Assembly: GCF_964204865.1 (NCBI RefSeq)
Contig: NC_135256.1
Location: 13,206,001 to 13,270,000, forward strand
Source: Styela clava
Taxonomy: Eukaryota
DNA: 64,000 nucleotides
Reading direction: 5' to 3'
Position 1 is the first letter of the stretch; each line of letters starts with the position of its first letter. This document shows, in pieces, positions 30,197 to 42,000 of this stretch. Position numbers and translations under genes: made by a program. A model generated the notes under the pieces. The model ran no database searches, had not been told where the DNA came from, and was given only the letters and a program-made list of their open reading frames with translations.

Positions 30197-33100
30197 TTAA
30201 TATTCTTTGCGAATATCTGTACCATGGAATCCAGAAGCACATTGAAATTGATTGATATTCAAATCTGAATTGCTGTGGTTGTTTCTCAGCCGTTTTCGAA
30301 ACTGTATTACATTTTTCACATTCTTAGCTGTACAACTTTTTAGCTCTAATATAGAGTTACGAGCATTCCAAATCTCTCTTCGTTCTTTGTTTTCCAACAG
30401 AAGAAGAATTCTTCGAAATTCATTATTTCGTTCCCGCTTTATTTGTATATTGGTCTGATTGTTTGCCAACATTGACTCATAGGCCGCGAGCCGAGGCCAT
30501 TTATCTTTCAGTTTCGTAGCGCACATCAGGTAACTACCTGAAAATGATTTTAAAATGTTCCTTAGAAATTTAGTAACAAATATTGCCTTGTTCCCACTTC
30601 CAAAAGTTGCACGTTTTACAGAAAAGACGCTTTTACTACAATAAATATGTGTTACCATCTGTCCTATTTTCTCTGCTTTTCCGGTATCATGGGCCAATGA
30701 ACGCAGACTTCTGCACGACGTAACAGTCAAGTTAGTCAGCTGTAGGTGGATCCCCAGTGGTCGGATGAATATCAGATGTACTCAACTGCTCGCTTTTGCG
30801 TTGAGTAGCCTTTCCATAGTTTTTTTCAGTTACCGGTAATATTAGTCCAGTTATTCTAAGGATGTGTTGAAAAGTATAGGTAAGATATTGAACACTTGTA
30901 TATCCTTGCCATAAATAGCAATTTTAGTTGAGCACTAGCTCATAAGACGTTGTTAAATAGGTACGGTGCGGTAACTCCAAGGAAGGCTAGACCTAGAATA
31001 ATATGTCACAAACAACGATATTTTCTGGCTTGCATGAAATGTTTATGATTAATTTAATGACTCTTCTTGACTATTCAGCAGACTTATACTACTATATAGG
31101 CCACAGCATATTTGGAAATAGAAATGAATGGCTGTTTCTGTAATGCACGGTTGTGTGAAAGAGAAGAAATTAATCAATTTTACTAATGTCGGTTGGTCTA
31201 AATCTAAATTCATAGAGTCGACAAGAACCTGGGAAGCAATGATAAGTTATGCCGGAGTGGAAAGAAAGGTAGCATTGGAAATGATTGAGAGGTGAGAAAG
31301 GAAGTTGTAGACAAACAGTTGATGTTTCAAAATATAGTCTATAGTCCATACTCATACTGTCATAGGACATTTCAGACTGTGATATATATCAAAATTTAGT
31401 GTAGATATAGTCTAGTAATGGTATGCAAACACTGCTGGACTGTAGAACATGCAATGAGCATATATACGCTCATTTAGTACATCAGATAAAATGCATTATG
31501 TATTCAAGGTATTAGTTAGTATTTAGGGGTATTTTTAAAATCATGCTGCTCCAAATATTATTTTCTTCCTTATTTTAGATACTGTACTACAAAAGAAAAC
31601 GGCAATGTTCCACCAATCCGACCTAACGCAGGCTCTGATCCCTGCTGCTATCAGTGCTATAAAATGGATTAAACAAGAAGTCTTGAAGCTTAAAGGTATA
31701 TGAGAATCATAATAGTTGCAAACAGCTTAGATGGGCTATTCATATTGAAATACTTTAGCACTTTTCTGCAATTGGAACTGCCCATCAAATTCATGTTGGA
31801 GACTTCATTGAGATTTTCAATTCATTTTTTTCCCTCGACTATGAAGATCTTTTGAGGTTAACGAGGTATTAATAAATAAAGCTGAGGAATTTGAAGAGGA
31901 TATGAAGAATGTAAATGATACCAGGGCACGTCTATTTAACACTGTCAAACATAAGGATTATACTCTCCACCCAACAATGATTCACTGAAGAAGCATGTGG
32001 CCCTCAAATCAGTTCTTGAGTTGGCAAACTGCAAATAAAAATAGTCAAAATAATTTATGAAAGTTTTACAAAATCAACTTAAATTGCACAGATTTTTGTT
32101 TTTGTATTGACTGCAGAAATCACAGTACACCTATAGAGGAAAAGTCGATTTTTGAGATAGTGGATTTCGAAAACAATTCAGAAGAAAGTGAATTAGATAT
32201 TACAGTTGATTTAAGAGTATCATACATTTTTTTTTTTTTTTTCGGACATTTGTTAGTGTCGTAGTCCTGTTTCTAGAAATATTATTGCCTTTGTTCAAAT
32301 ACATAACCACATAAACTAAAAAAAGATTAATTGTATGTTATGTACATATTGTACATTCATTTAATTTTTTTGACTTTTGCGGTAAATTTCTAAGTGAGAA
32401 ATAACTGATTTATTTGTGTTTTCGTGCTCACGATGTTAATTTGTGACTTCATTGCTTAAAAATAAATACGTTTGATACTTGATAGCTTCTATAAAATGGA
32501 TGTAGCTTTTTATGCTGTTCTTGTTGTAAACTGCTTGTGGTTCTTACATAAAATTTATTCTCAAATGTGAATCAGCGTTGTTGGTGTCGCTGCTTTCGAG
32601 GTCACTCCCGACTCCTGTCACACAATTAAAGTATTTTTTGTTGTTGGTTACATGTATGCCATATTTTTCGTAATCTACCTAATAAATTATGATTGACTGA
32701 GGAAGTCCGATTTTGGTCAGGCGAAACATTACAGGAATACATTTGTGTTAGTGTGCTGTAGGGCTCTCGAATTGTATAGTTCTTATGTATGCGTTGTAAA
32801 CTTATGGTTATTGAATTTCCGGGAACCTCTTATATTCAATTTCGCACCAGGATTGTGGAACAAACTGTAATGCGTTCATTATGTTCGTTTTCACACAAAA
32901 CTGAAGAATTTATTTAGTTACCAGATGTGCGCTACGAAACTCATTTTCTGGGCGTTTTCATGGTTTCGTCTCACGGCCCATATCCGTGGTAAGGATCTAC
33001 AAGTGTTTAATAATTTACTTATACATTTTTCAACAACGTCTTAGCATAACTTAACTAATAATAACTAAACAGGGCTATGGAAAGCCTGCCCAACTCAGCG

Positions 33101-35028
33101 CAAGGTCGAGCAGAAATAACTAATATTCATCCGCTCGCTAACAGCTGGTTTAATTCAATTGTTACGTCATGCAGAAGTCATTGTTCAGTGCCGAAAATGT
33201 AGAGAATATAGGACAGATCGTAGCACATATTTCTTGTAGTAAAAGCGTCTTTTCCGTAAAACGTGCAACTTTTGGAAGTGGGAACAAGGCAATATTTGTT
33301 ACTAAATTTTTAAGGAACATTTTAAAATCATTTTCAGGTAGTTACCTGATGTGCGCTACGAAACTCACTTTCTAGGCGTTTTTCATGGCCTCGGCTCGCG
33401 GCCTATCAAGTTTAGAGTTGAATTCGTTGTCTCTCTTTTTCCAACTTGATTTGAATTTTGCTTGTACGGTTTTTCGAATCCATCGAAATGGATTTTTCGA
33501 TTTGGCACGATATTTTTTGAATAAAACAATTTCTTCGGAAATTCTTCTCCTTTCTGCTATCAATTTTATCAAATTCAGATGAAAAATAAAATGAATAATT
33601 ATTTTATAATTGTATTGGGCTGAACAATTATTTTGGAACAATAATTTATTTATTTTTATATATTTTTACTTCTAGTATGTAATACAATATTTTCCTAACC
33701 TCGTATGAGTCAACTTCACGTTTAAATACAAACTCCATTTTCTCTTTTTGAATCATCTTTGACAATTCAAAGTTAAAGTCGTTTAAATCTTTCCCATTCG
33801 CGAAGATATTATTGCCCTAAATATAGATACAATATTTAATTTTAACTGTCTATTCAGTCAGTCAGTAAGTATAGTTTATTTTTTCACATGCCGAAAGTAC
33901 ACATTGTACATACAGAATTAAAAAAAGATAAAAAAAAATGCATTTCAGTGCGAACTCGAATTTTGTCCTGAATAGTAAGAATAAAATCTCAGAACTCACC
34001 TTTATAATATTTTTTTTCTTTTTTTAGACACGACATGATTTTTCTTGTGATTGTTGGAATCTTTTTTTAAATTATTATGACTGACTAAACCTGAAGCATT
34101 ATTATATATTTCTCCGTCTGGAGTAGAGTTGGTAAATTCGGCCGAAGCATTGATTGTTGAATTTCTGGGGTTGGTCAGAGCAGAATCAGAATTACCTCCA
34201 TCCTTTATTGTGTTCAATTTTATCAGATGTTCCGGAATAGTTGAAATTTCAACTTCTGAAACAGGATCATTCGCATTCACATCATTTGTACTTTGTCTTT
34301 GTTTCCCATGGAAGATTGTTTCTGGTTGTTTGTCATCGGATATTCTGATCAGTTTTACGAATGATGGTTGAGGCACACAGTCTCGAGGCGTTCCATTTTC
34401 TCTTTTGTTGGAGTTATTTGAATCGCCAGCAGCATAAACCACAATTTACCAACAGTTTACCTGAGTTTGATGCTGTGCTCCTTAGATTTATTATTCGCGG
34501 AAATGCGATTTGTTCCAGAGCGATCCAAACTTGGCATATTCGATTGTTTCTCAGTCGTGTACGACAACAATTGTTCATATGCTCGTAGTCTCAACCTCTC
34601 TGACGCAATGTTGTCATGGCATTTAATTGCCTGACGAATAAATTTTCTAGCTGATTTTTTTAATCGCCAGGGTTTTTGATGTTGACTGAAGAAATTTTCA
34701 GGTTTTGTACATATTGTCAAAAGCATCCTTAAAGTTTTCTTTAGTCTTTTTCTAATTTTAAGACTCCTTGTGGCCTCAACAGTTTGTCCCAGCAATTTAA
34801 CAATGAACGAGATAGAGAATTTATCCTGTCGAAGTATTGCGATTAAAAGCAACGTCATCATTTAGGTTGAAGGAAATGTTGTGATCAGCCAAAATAACCA
34901 AACCTGGGCTCTTTGAACAAATTATGCAAAAATCCACCGATGTCCTTACCATGCACAGGGTTGTCCAGTATGTAATCGTCATGAGGAATTCCGATACTGC
35001 TCGAAAGTAATTTCGATCCCAGATACAT
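30197..35028 (-). pseudogene. Unidentified multi-exon gene, transposon-interrupted and with broken frames
   Basis: Adjacent ORFs 34861-34457 and 34442-34002, a donor near 33999, and a clean 117-nt GT-AG exon at 33816-33700. ORFs 33641-33372 and 30730-30197 rejoin in frame once the transposon is removed. No family recognised; splice phases could not all be reconciled. Confidence 0.4.
30480..33405 (+). mobile_element. Degenerate Academ-like DNA transposon with long imperfect TIRs
   Basis: Termini TAGGCCGCGAGCCGAGGCCAT / ATGGCCTCGGCTCGCGGCCTA. TCA flanks both sides (30477-30479, 33406-33408). Inverted similarity extends ~430 bp (30480-~30910 vs ~32985-33405). A frameshifted remnant VNDTRARLF...TLHPT/NDSLKKHV at ~31910-32000 resembles the Academ C-terminal LPPT..AL..H motif. 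Superfamily assignment is inference. Confidence 0.7.
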
Positions 35029-35590
35029 TTTGCTTGCTGTTCTCCGATAGTTAAATTTGGTGAAGATTAATATATATATATTTATACTCCAGATACAAAT
35101 TTAATTAATGCAAGCAAAACTTGTAACGCACTGATGAAGTGCTTTATTCGTTTACGCAAGAGCCTATGTACAAAGTACAAACGCGAGAATGAGCGGCATT
35201 TTGACCTGTTGATACAAGTCGGAGTCGCACGGCTAATAGAATTTTCAGTTTTATCAATTTGCAAATTTAATATTGTCGCAAGTACGATTATTGGCTAATA
35301 AATATATTAACTGTGACGTCACAAATAAATTTATTCCTCATCGTAGATTATTTTACTATTATCAAATCAAAATATCTAAACTGTAATGTTTTTCCCAAAC
35401 AATAAAGTTATAAAAGTATTCTTATATTGTGATTTACTTGTTGCATCCCTCATTTTTTATCCTGGTTGTTCGCTTGATGATCGCAACATCGCGATAATTG
35501 ATAAGGGCCATACACTGAATAAACAAACTGACAATTTGTGACATTTTAGGCTTCAGCTCAATGAATATCAGGACTATATGGGTTCTAAAG

Positions 35591-37259
35591 TAGGGTGACC
35601 ATGTTTCCAAACCCTAAAAAGAGGACACATCGTTTGGTGGAACAATATTACACCGTGCCTGAGATATATACATTATGTATGTATTAAATTCTCCACAATT
35701 AAAAATCTAAGTGACGATAGACGATGTGACGGCAATATGGACCTTTCCCCGAGCATCGTCTTCCTTGTTTACTTCGTGACATTGGCCAATCAGCAAGATG
35801 CAAAAAGTGTCGTTGCTCAGACAGATTTTCAAGCGTGGTCGTAAACATTACCTCGTTTTTGAACTCTATTCGTTAGTTTTCTGTTGTGTTTCGGAAACTT
35901 AAATATAAATCAGATAATTCAATGATCACTCTTTCTTCCTAAGAGTTTTAATTTAATTGCAATGATAAAAAATTAGTGTAGAAATAGCTGTGATAGACTA
36001 GGCTAAAATTATTTACCGGTACTTTTAAAAAACATATTGTTGTACGACGTACGCGATGAATATAATGATGGTTTGAAGCACATACTCCATTTTACAGGCG
36101 CCAATTCGCAAAATTACTCCCAAAATAGTCCCGAAAATTTTGCAATGGTAAAGTATAAAAAGAATTTTCGGGGGTCAAAGGTCGGGGAAAGGTCCATAAT
36201 GCATTCTTGTCTTGGCAACGAGCAACTGTAGCCACAAGTAATGCACTCCGCTTCGCTATCAAATCTAAAGCATGAATACTTTTGCTTCAGTAGATGGGTA
36301 GAAAAAAAAAAATTTTTTTTTTCGGCTTAATTTACTGTGTCTACTGACGTAATTTTCTGCTAAAATCGAAACTCCACCAAATTGCTAAATACAAGATGCA
36401 ATGACGTAAAAGATAATTGCGGAACAACACGATTTTTAGGTGATGAACAAGTATGCATTTAACACTGAGCAGTGGTTCTTAACATTTGCGAGTCTGCCAA
36501 ACCCCGGAAGCTATTGTACAAGTTCCCTTTAAACCCCCATTCAACGGCTGAAATTAGGAGCGCAATTATAACTCACAATAAAGAAACTAATTTTGTGCGT
36601 GGTTATAAAAAATGATCTCTGTGGTGTAACCTTAGATACCAATATGCAGCGTGGAAATAGTCATTGTTGTTTCACAAAGGCACTGGCACCATTAATCTTT
36701 CGCTGTATTATAATTGCTCTTTGGAGATGATATGATACCTCAAAAATGTCGGTATCTCAGTCGTTTCCCAAACTGCATTCGAATGCGGATTAGAGCGTTT
36801 TTTCATGGATTTTTGTCGGAATTGACATAGTCTACCATATGACTTAGCGCAGGGGTCAGCAACCTACGGCCCGTGACCTTCACTGAATTAGTCAAAACAG
36901 CTGTTTTGACGATCATATTCTTTACGTAACAGAATTTATTGTGAGACACGTGTAGACCCATAACAACCGAAGATATTTTGAACCCAATTTGTATTCGGGG
37001 TTTATTAGGGTATTTATGAACCTATATGGTATCTCAATGCCTTTCTTGTCATATGTGTATTGGTAATGACAACTTTCTACTTACTTTAAAATTTTCTTAA
37101 CCCATCATAAAATGTTGATTATGTCCTAAAAGAATTTTAAATATTTGATTCCATAAAAAAGGAGGACATTTTGACTTTTTAGAGCGTCCTCGGAGGACAT
37201 AAAATTTTTAACGAAAAGTGAGGACAAATCCTCCAAAAGGAGGACGTATGGTCACCCTA
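35591..37259. mobile_element. Non-autonomous hAT element carrying nested repeats
   Basis: TIR TAGGGTGACCAT / ATGGTCACCCTA; perfect 8-bp TSD TTCTAAAG (35583-35590, 37260-37267); subterminal GAGGAC repeats. Confidence 0.85.
35736..36198. mobile_element. TA-ended MITE, copy 1, nested in the hAT element
   Basis: TIR TATGGACCTTTCCCCGA / TCGGGGAAAGGTCCATA; near-colinear second copy at 44543-45048. Confidence 0.8.
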
Positions 37260-37614
37260 TTCTAAAGTGAATACCAATCCTTTGATTTTCCATTAATAAG
37301 CCTTTTCTGGCTACTCTACTCGATCGCAATCGAATTAAAGTATATATATAAATTACACCACTGAATGACTAGAAGTCAGATCACACATTGAAAAAAGCAC
37401 TTCACAAAAAGACAAGGTTGACTTTGATTTCTGTAGGCATTACCCAAACTTTTTGTTCGTGAGGCGCCAAACTATCGGGGAAACGGGCTCACGGCGCACT
37501 TAAACGAAAAAAATACAGTTTTTACTTAATTTTGTGATCGTTAATGTGTTGCTTCGAAGTGCTAATAAAATCACACTTGTGTGCCAAACTCAGTTCATCT
37601 CGCGAAATTACGTT

Positions 37615-37890
37615 GGCGCGGCGGTGTGGCTCAACGGGCTAAGCGTTAGGAATACGCTCGCCACCGCACCTCTAATTACTCTGCGTGGGTTCGCATCCCA
37701 TGCAGAGATGGTTATGTGCGAGAGGATTGCTGGACTCCTCGCCGTCCTTGGGTGGTTCACGTAACCGCTGGTCGGTTACGGCTTCCTCCACCACCAAGTC
37801 CATGCTTCCGAAAACAAACAATATAACTAATCCCATACCCGACTTGGAATGGTAACCGGACGAGAGGCCGTGGAAAATCGCCCCGGACAG
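37615..37890 (+). mobile_element. tRNA-derived SINE
   Basis: A box TGGCTCAACGG (37627), B box GGTTCGCATCC (37688); body (CTTCCTCCACCACCAAGTCCATGC, ACTAATCCCATACCCGAC, GAGAGGCCGTGG) shared with three other copies. Confidence 0.8.
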
Positions 37891-38509
37891 CAGAAAAGTT
37901 TGACATGCCACTTATTACCAGTGTGATGCATTGGCCGCGCTTTTTTGAGTGGGCGAACGCTTACCATTTCTTTTGACAACACCTTAAAATCTATAACCTG
38001 CACGTTTTAAACCCTACTTAGGTTTTGCTCGCTTCCCCGATTCTGTATCAGTTTTATTTATTTTGTTCATCAATTATTTTATCGTCTTTTAAGCGGATTA
38101 TGGAGTCAAAATAAACATATACAATTTTTTCCGTCCTTTTATAGTTATACGGTCTGCAACGAAGCCCGAAATCAATGGAGTCCTTGGAATTTTCAAATAA
38201 ACGGTTTTCATCAATTTTGTCTCACCGGAATAAACACGAAATCCCATCCAACCCTCGCAAAGAAGCAAATTCAAACGAAGCGATTAATTCGGCGACCAGT
38301 TATAAATTTATATGGGAATATAATATGTACATTCATAAAATATTGATTTCAATAATACAGAATACAGAAGAAAAAATTGTTTTGATCGAGTTCCTATTTT
38401 GGAAGAGTGAGAGGTAGATATAGGTCAATTTTAATGATTAGGATAATACATTTTTATATCTAAACATTCTAAATCATATATTCACTATATCGAATAAAGA
38501 CAACGCAAA

Positions 38510-38772
38510 CATAGGATTTGAATATTTGTCCCGGAGAAAGGCGATAAGAGGTCCTAATCACATGGCGAACCACGGCCTCTCGTCAGATTACCAATCCATG
38601 TCGGGTATGGGTTTAGTTGGCCGGTTAGTCATTTCGAGGGAATGGGCTTGATGGTAGAGGAAGCCCCTAACCGACCAGCCATCCTCTTGCATATAATAAT
38701 CTCCCATGGGATCCGAACCCACGCAGGGCAATCGACGGTGCGAGCGTATTCCAAACCCCACACCGCTGAGCC
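38510..38772 (-). mobile_element. tRNA-derived SINE (same family, internally deleted)
   Basis: Reverse-complement match to the SINE body and head. Confidence 0.7.
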
Positions 38773-39012
38773 ATATTCGAAATACCATTCTATCTGTTAA
38801 AGTTCCACAGTGATGGATTATAACACATTTAGGAGTATGACAAATCATAGCCAACGAAAAAAGAAATTCAGTAACAATTCAGCATTTAATAAAGATGTAT
38901 AAATAAAGGAGGATAAGAGTGACTTAGATCAAACTAAATGCTGGAATTCACAGTGATAATAATGACGGCAGGGAATACTTTCGTCTTTTCATTATTTCGA
39001 CATTCCGGTGGT

Positions 39013-42000
39013 CTACGATTCACTCTCAGGATTCACACTTTCACTCAGTATAACTCTTTGCCGTGAAGACCCTGTAAATATAAAAAAGAAACTAAACGCC
39101 GCTGAAAATTATACCTTTAACCAAGAGCAATCTCTATATCTAGAAACGGAGTCATGAACACTACAAATGTAGACATTAATATATGTTTCAAGAAACTGCA
39201 GGAACCTGTTACTTTGATAAAATAAGATATTTGTGATATTGTTAGAGCTTTTGTGAATAACATTTTAATAAATTAATTTGAATTTCAAATTGATATTGGT
39301 CTTTATTTCGCTATCTGGAAAGAGATCCATTGAATATATTTGAAAATAAATATGTTTTGGAGGCGGAAATATATAAATTTCCGGGCCAAACATGCTCAAA
39401 AGGACTGCAGAGATATTTCAAGAGCTCTATCACATTTTGAAATCAAGCTACTTGATACCTTTTAGTTAGGTTAAATTAACCATCTTCCATAATCTAAATT
39501 GAAACCTTACTTTTAAAATTAATTTGAGTAAAATAATTCAACCGAAGATTCTTTTTCACGTCTCATAGAGTATTATGACAAAAGGGAGCCAATGAGATTA
39601 AAAGGTGATTACTGCTTTTATTTCGATAATGGCAGTAATGTATTATTTGGTCAAGTTAACATAAATTCCAAACCAAATGATGAACTACATTCACGAGACA
39701 TATTTAAACAAATTATATCAGGACACAAAAATGTTCTACATAATTCAACTACATAATACTGCTCTACAGTGTTCCCTCTAAGGTGTGCGCGCGCACACAG
39801 CTTTCAGAGGCTGCGCACACGCATAGATTTACTGCGCACAGACGTATTTCGATGTAATGTAACAATGTGCTCAGTTGGCAGGTTGCGAAAGTTTGTTGTT
39901 GGCCCACTTATTACCCCATTACAACGCCAAAATTTCTTCATTGGTTTTTGCACAAATATTAGTCATTTCCAAAAAAATGCGCACACACCAAAATTTCTGC
40001 GCACACATACTACAAAAAATTAGAGGGAACATTGCTGCTCTACTACTGTTCAACTACATAATTTGCAATATTAGTGCCTAGTGGTATCTTAGTAGTCTCC
40101 ACCTGTTGCTCTCTGCCTGGTGCTTTTACATTTCTTCTCCTGTAATTTGCCATAAACAAAAGCACCAACATATAATATAACAGGGAAAAATCCAACGGCT
40201 ACAGCCATCCCATATATAACCAAATCATTACGTTGTGCCACTGTACATTTGAACTTTTTACTCCACATTCTTCTTGTGTAATTCATCTAAAGTTTGAAAG
40301 AAATTCAACAAGAATCAATTTCCACACAATAAGCAATAAGCTGGAAGCAAAGCAAGTTCCGTTTTTGGATGTGTGGATGATGCTGAATACCTGCACTGGT
40401 TCCTAGTTAATTGCACATCAATTGCAGTCAGTGGCGCAGCCAGGGGGGGGGGGGGGGGGGTATATAAATAAAAATATATAAAATGCTGAAAATAAAACCG
40501 TAAACAAATAAGTTTTGTTGAGGCCCGCGACAGTCTAAAAGCGCTTTTTTAGGCATTGAAGATTGCAAAATTTCGTATGCCTACGGCACACATTATGGTT
40601 AGTCGGCGTTTACAAACATATCGTCCCTAAAATCGAAACACGGTCAATTGTGGGCGGGGTGTGCCTTTTTATCCATTACTTTAAAATTGCCGGTCAAAAA
40701 TTTTGTTTTAACATTAAACAAGGTTGGAAACACGATTTTTTTATTCCGGGTTGGGATGATATATAAGATAATTAATCTAAAGTACCGGTATATTCAATCA
40801 ATTTTTTTACAATTTTTATTGTACTGAAATAAATTTCACTTCTTGAGATTTTGCAGCAGATTTACGGATTTTCGAGAGGTTTCATCTTAAAAAATAATCG
40901 GAGTGGCGACTGTTCGGCGTGGATTGCGAGGCGGTGAATATGTATTTTTGATTTACTGGCATATATACTTTATATGTATTCCATTGTATGAAGTAAAATT
41001 GTACCATACGGGATTTTATATCATTTCTCGAAATTTTCTCACAGCGATTACCACTTTGCAAGATTGCAAAATTACGTGTCAAAACTAAATACATCAGGCA
41101 GCTTATCTAATATATTTATGTCTACAGATCGTCGTCGTATTTTACTGTATGAAAGGTTTTTATTTTGACGTAAGAAGTGGCAACCGCGAGTTACGTTGTA
41201 CACAATTAAATTAATATATAAGGACATTTTCGCATCTCGTAGTCGTCATGGATTGAATATTTTACGCGACGGAAAAATCATTACAGCTGAAAAGGCGGCT
41301 CTTTTAACGAGCACGTAATCGCGGTGACTATTACAGACGGCAATGGGAATTTCCGATTTTGAAACCCCATCCTTACTCACACACACAAGTACATATATAT
41401 ATATACCACGGTGGGCAAACCGCGGCTCGCCGGAATTTCCATGCGCCTCTCCTTGCTAGCAATAATTATTAAAGATAAACTGTAGCGTAACAGTTTTTTT
41501 AATTATTAAGCGTTTGAAGAAGTTTTCATCGATGATTAAGACAAATCATGTTTTAGTATGAAAATCGTAGTGTGGAATTTGAAGTTAAATCAGTCAAACA
41601 ACAAATCTTACATCACAATGATCAAATGTTTGTTGCTGTGTTGGCAGTTGGCACATATCACCAACACTTTTAAAAACTTCAGATAGGATGGGAACACACA
41701 AGTCAACTACTTCTAATATGGCCTCGCAATATATACTTTGCAATATTGTTATTATACGCTTGTGTATGTAAAGTTCTTTTCAGTTCGCGGTATTCTAATA
41801 TTATTAATATATTATGCGGCTCTCACATATTTATGACTTGTCGCATGCGGCTCTTATACTAAACATTTTTGCCCACCCCTGATATATACCTTTAATATTA
41901 AATAAAGAAAAAAAAAGCGGTAACAGATAAATATCCATACTCCTGCTAATACCACAAATGCAGACAGGCTCTGGTACTGCAAGACTTGAAGTAATTCATA

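Noticed and set aside
33169-33375. ORF nearly identical to part of ORF 30197-30730, looking like a duplicated gene
   Set aside because: The shared peptide is only the translation of the transposon's inverted repeats.
37615-37700. Possible tRNA gene
   Set aside because: A and B boxes are present, but there is no convincing cloverleaf and it continues into a multi-copy SINE body.
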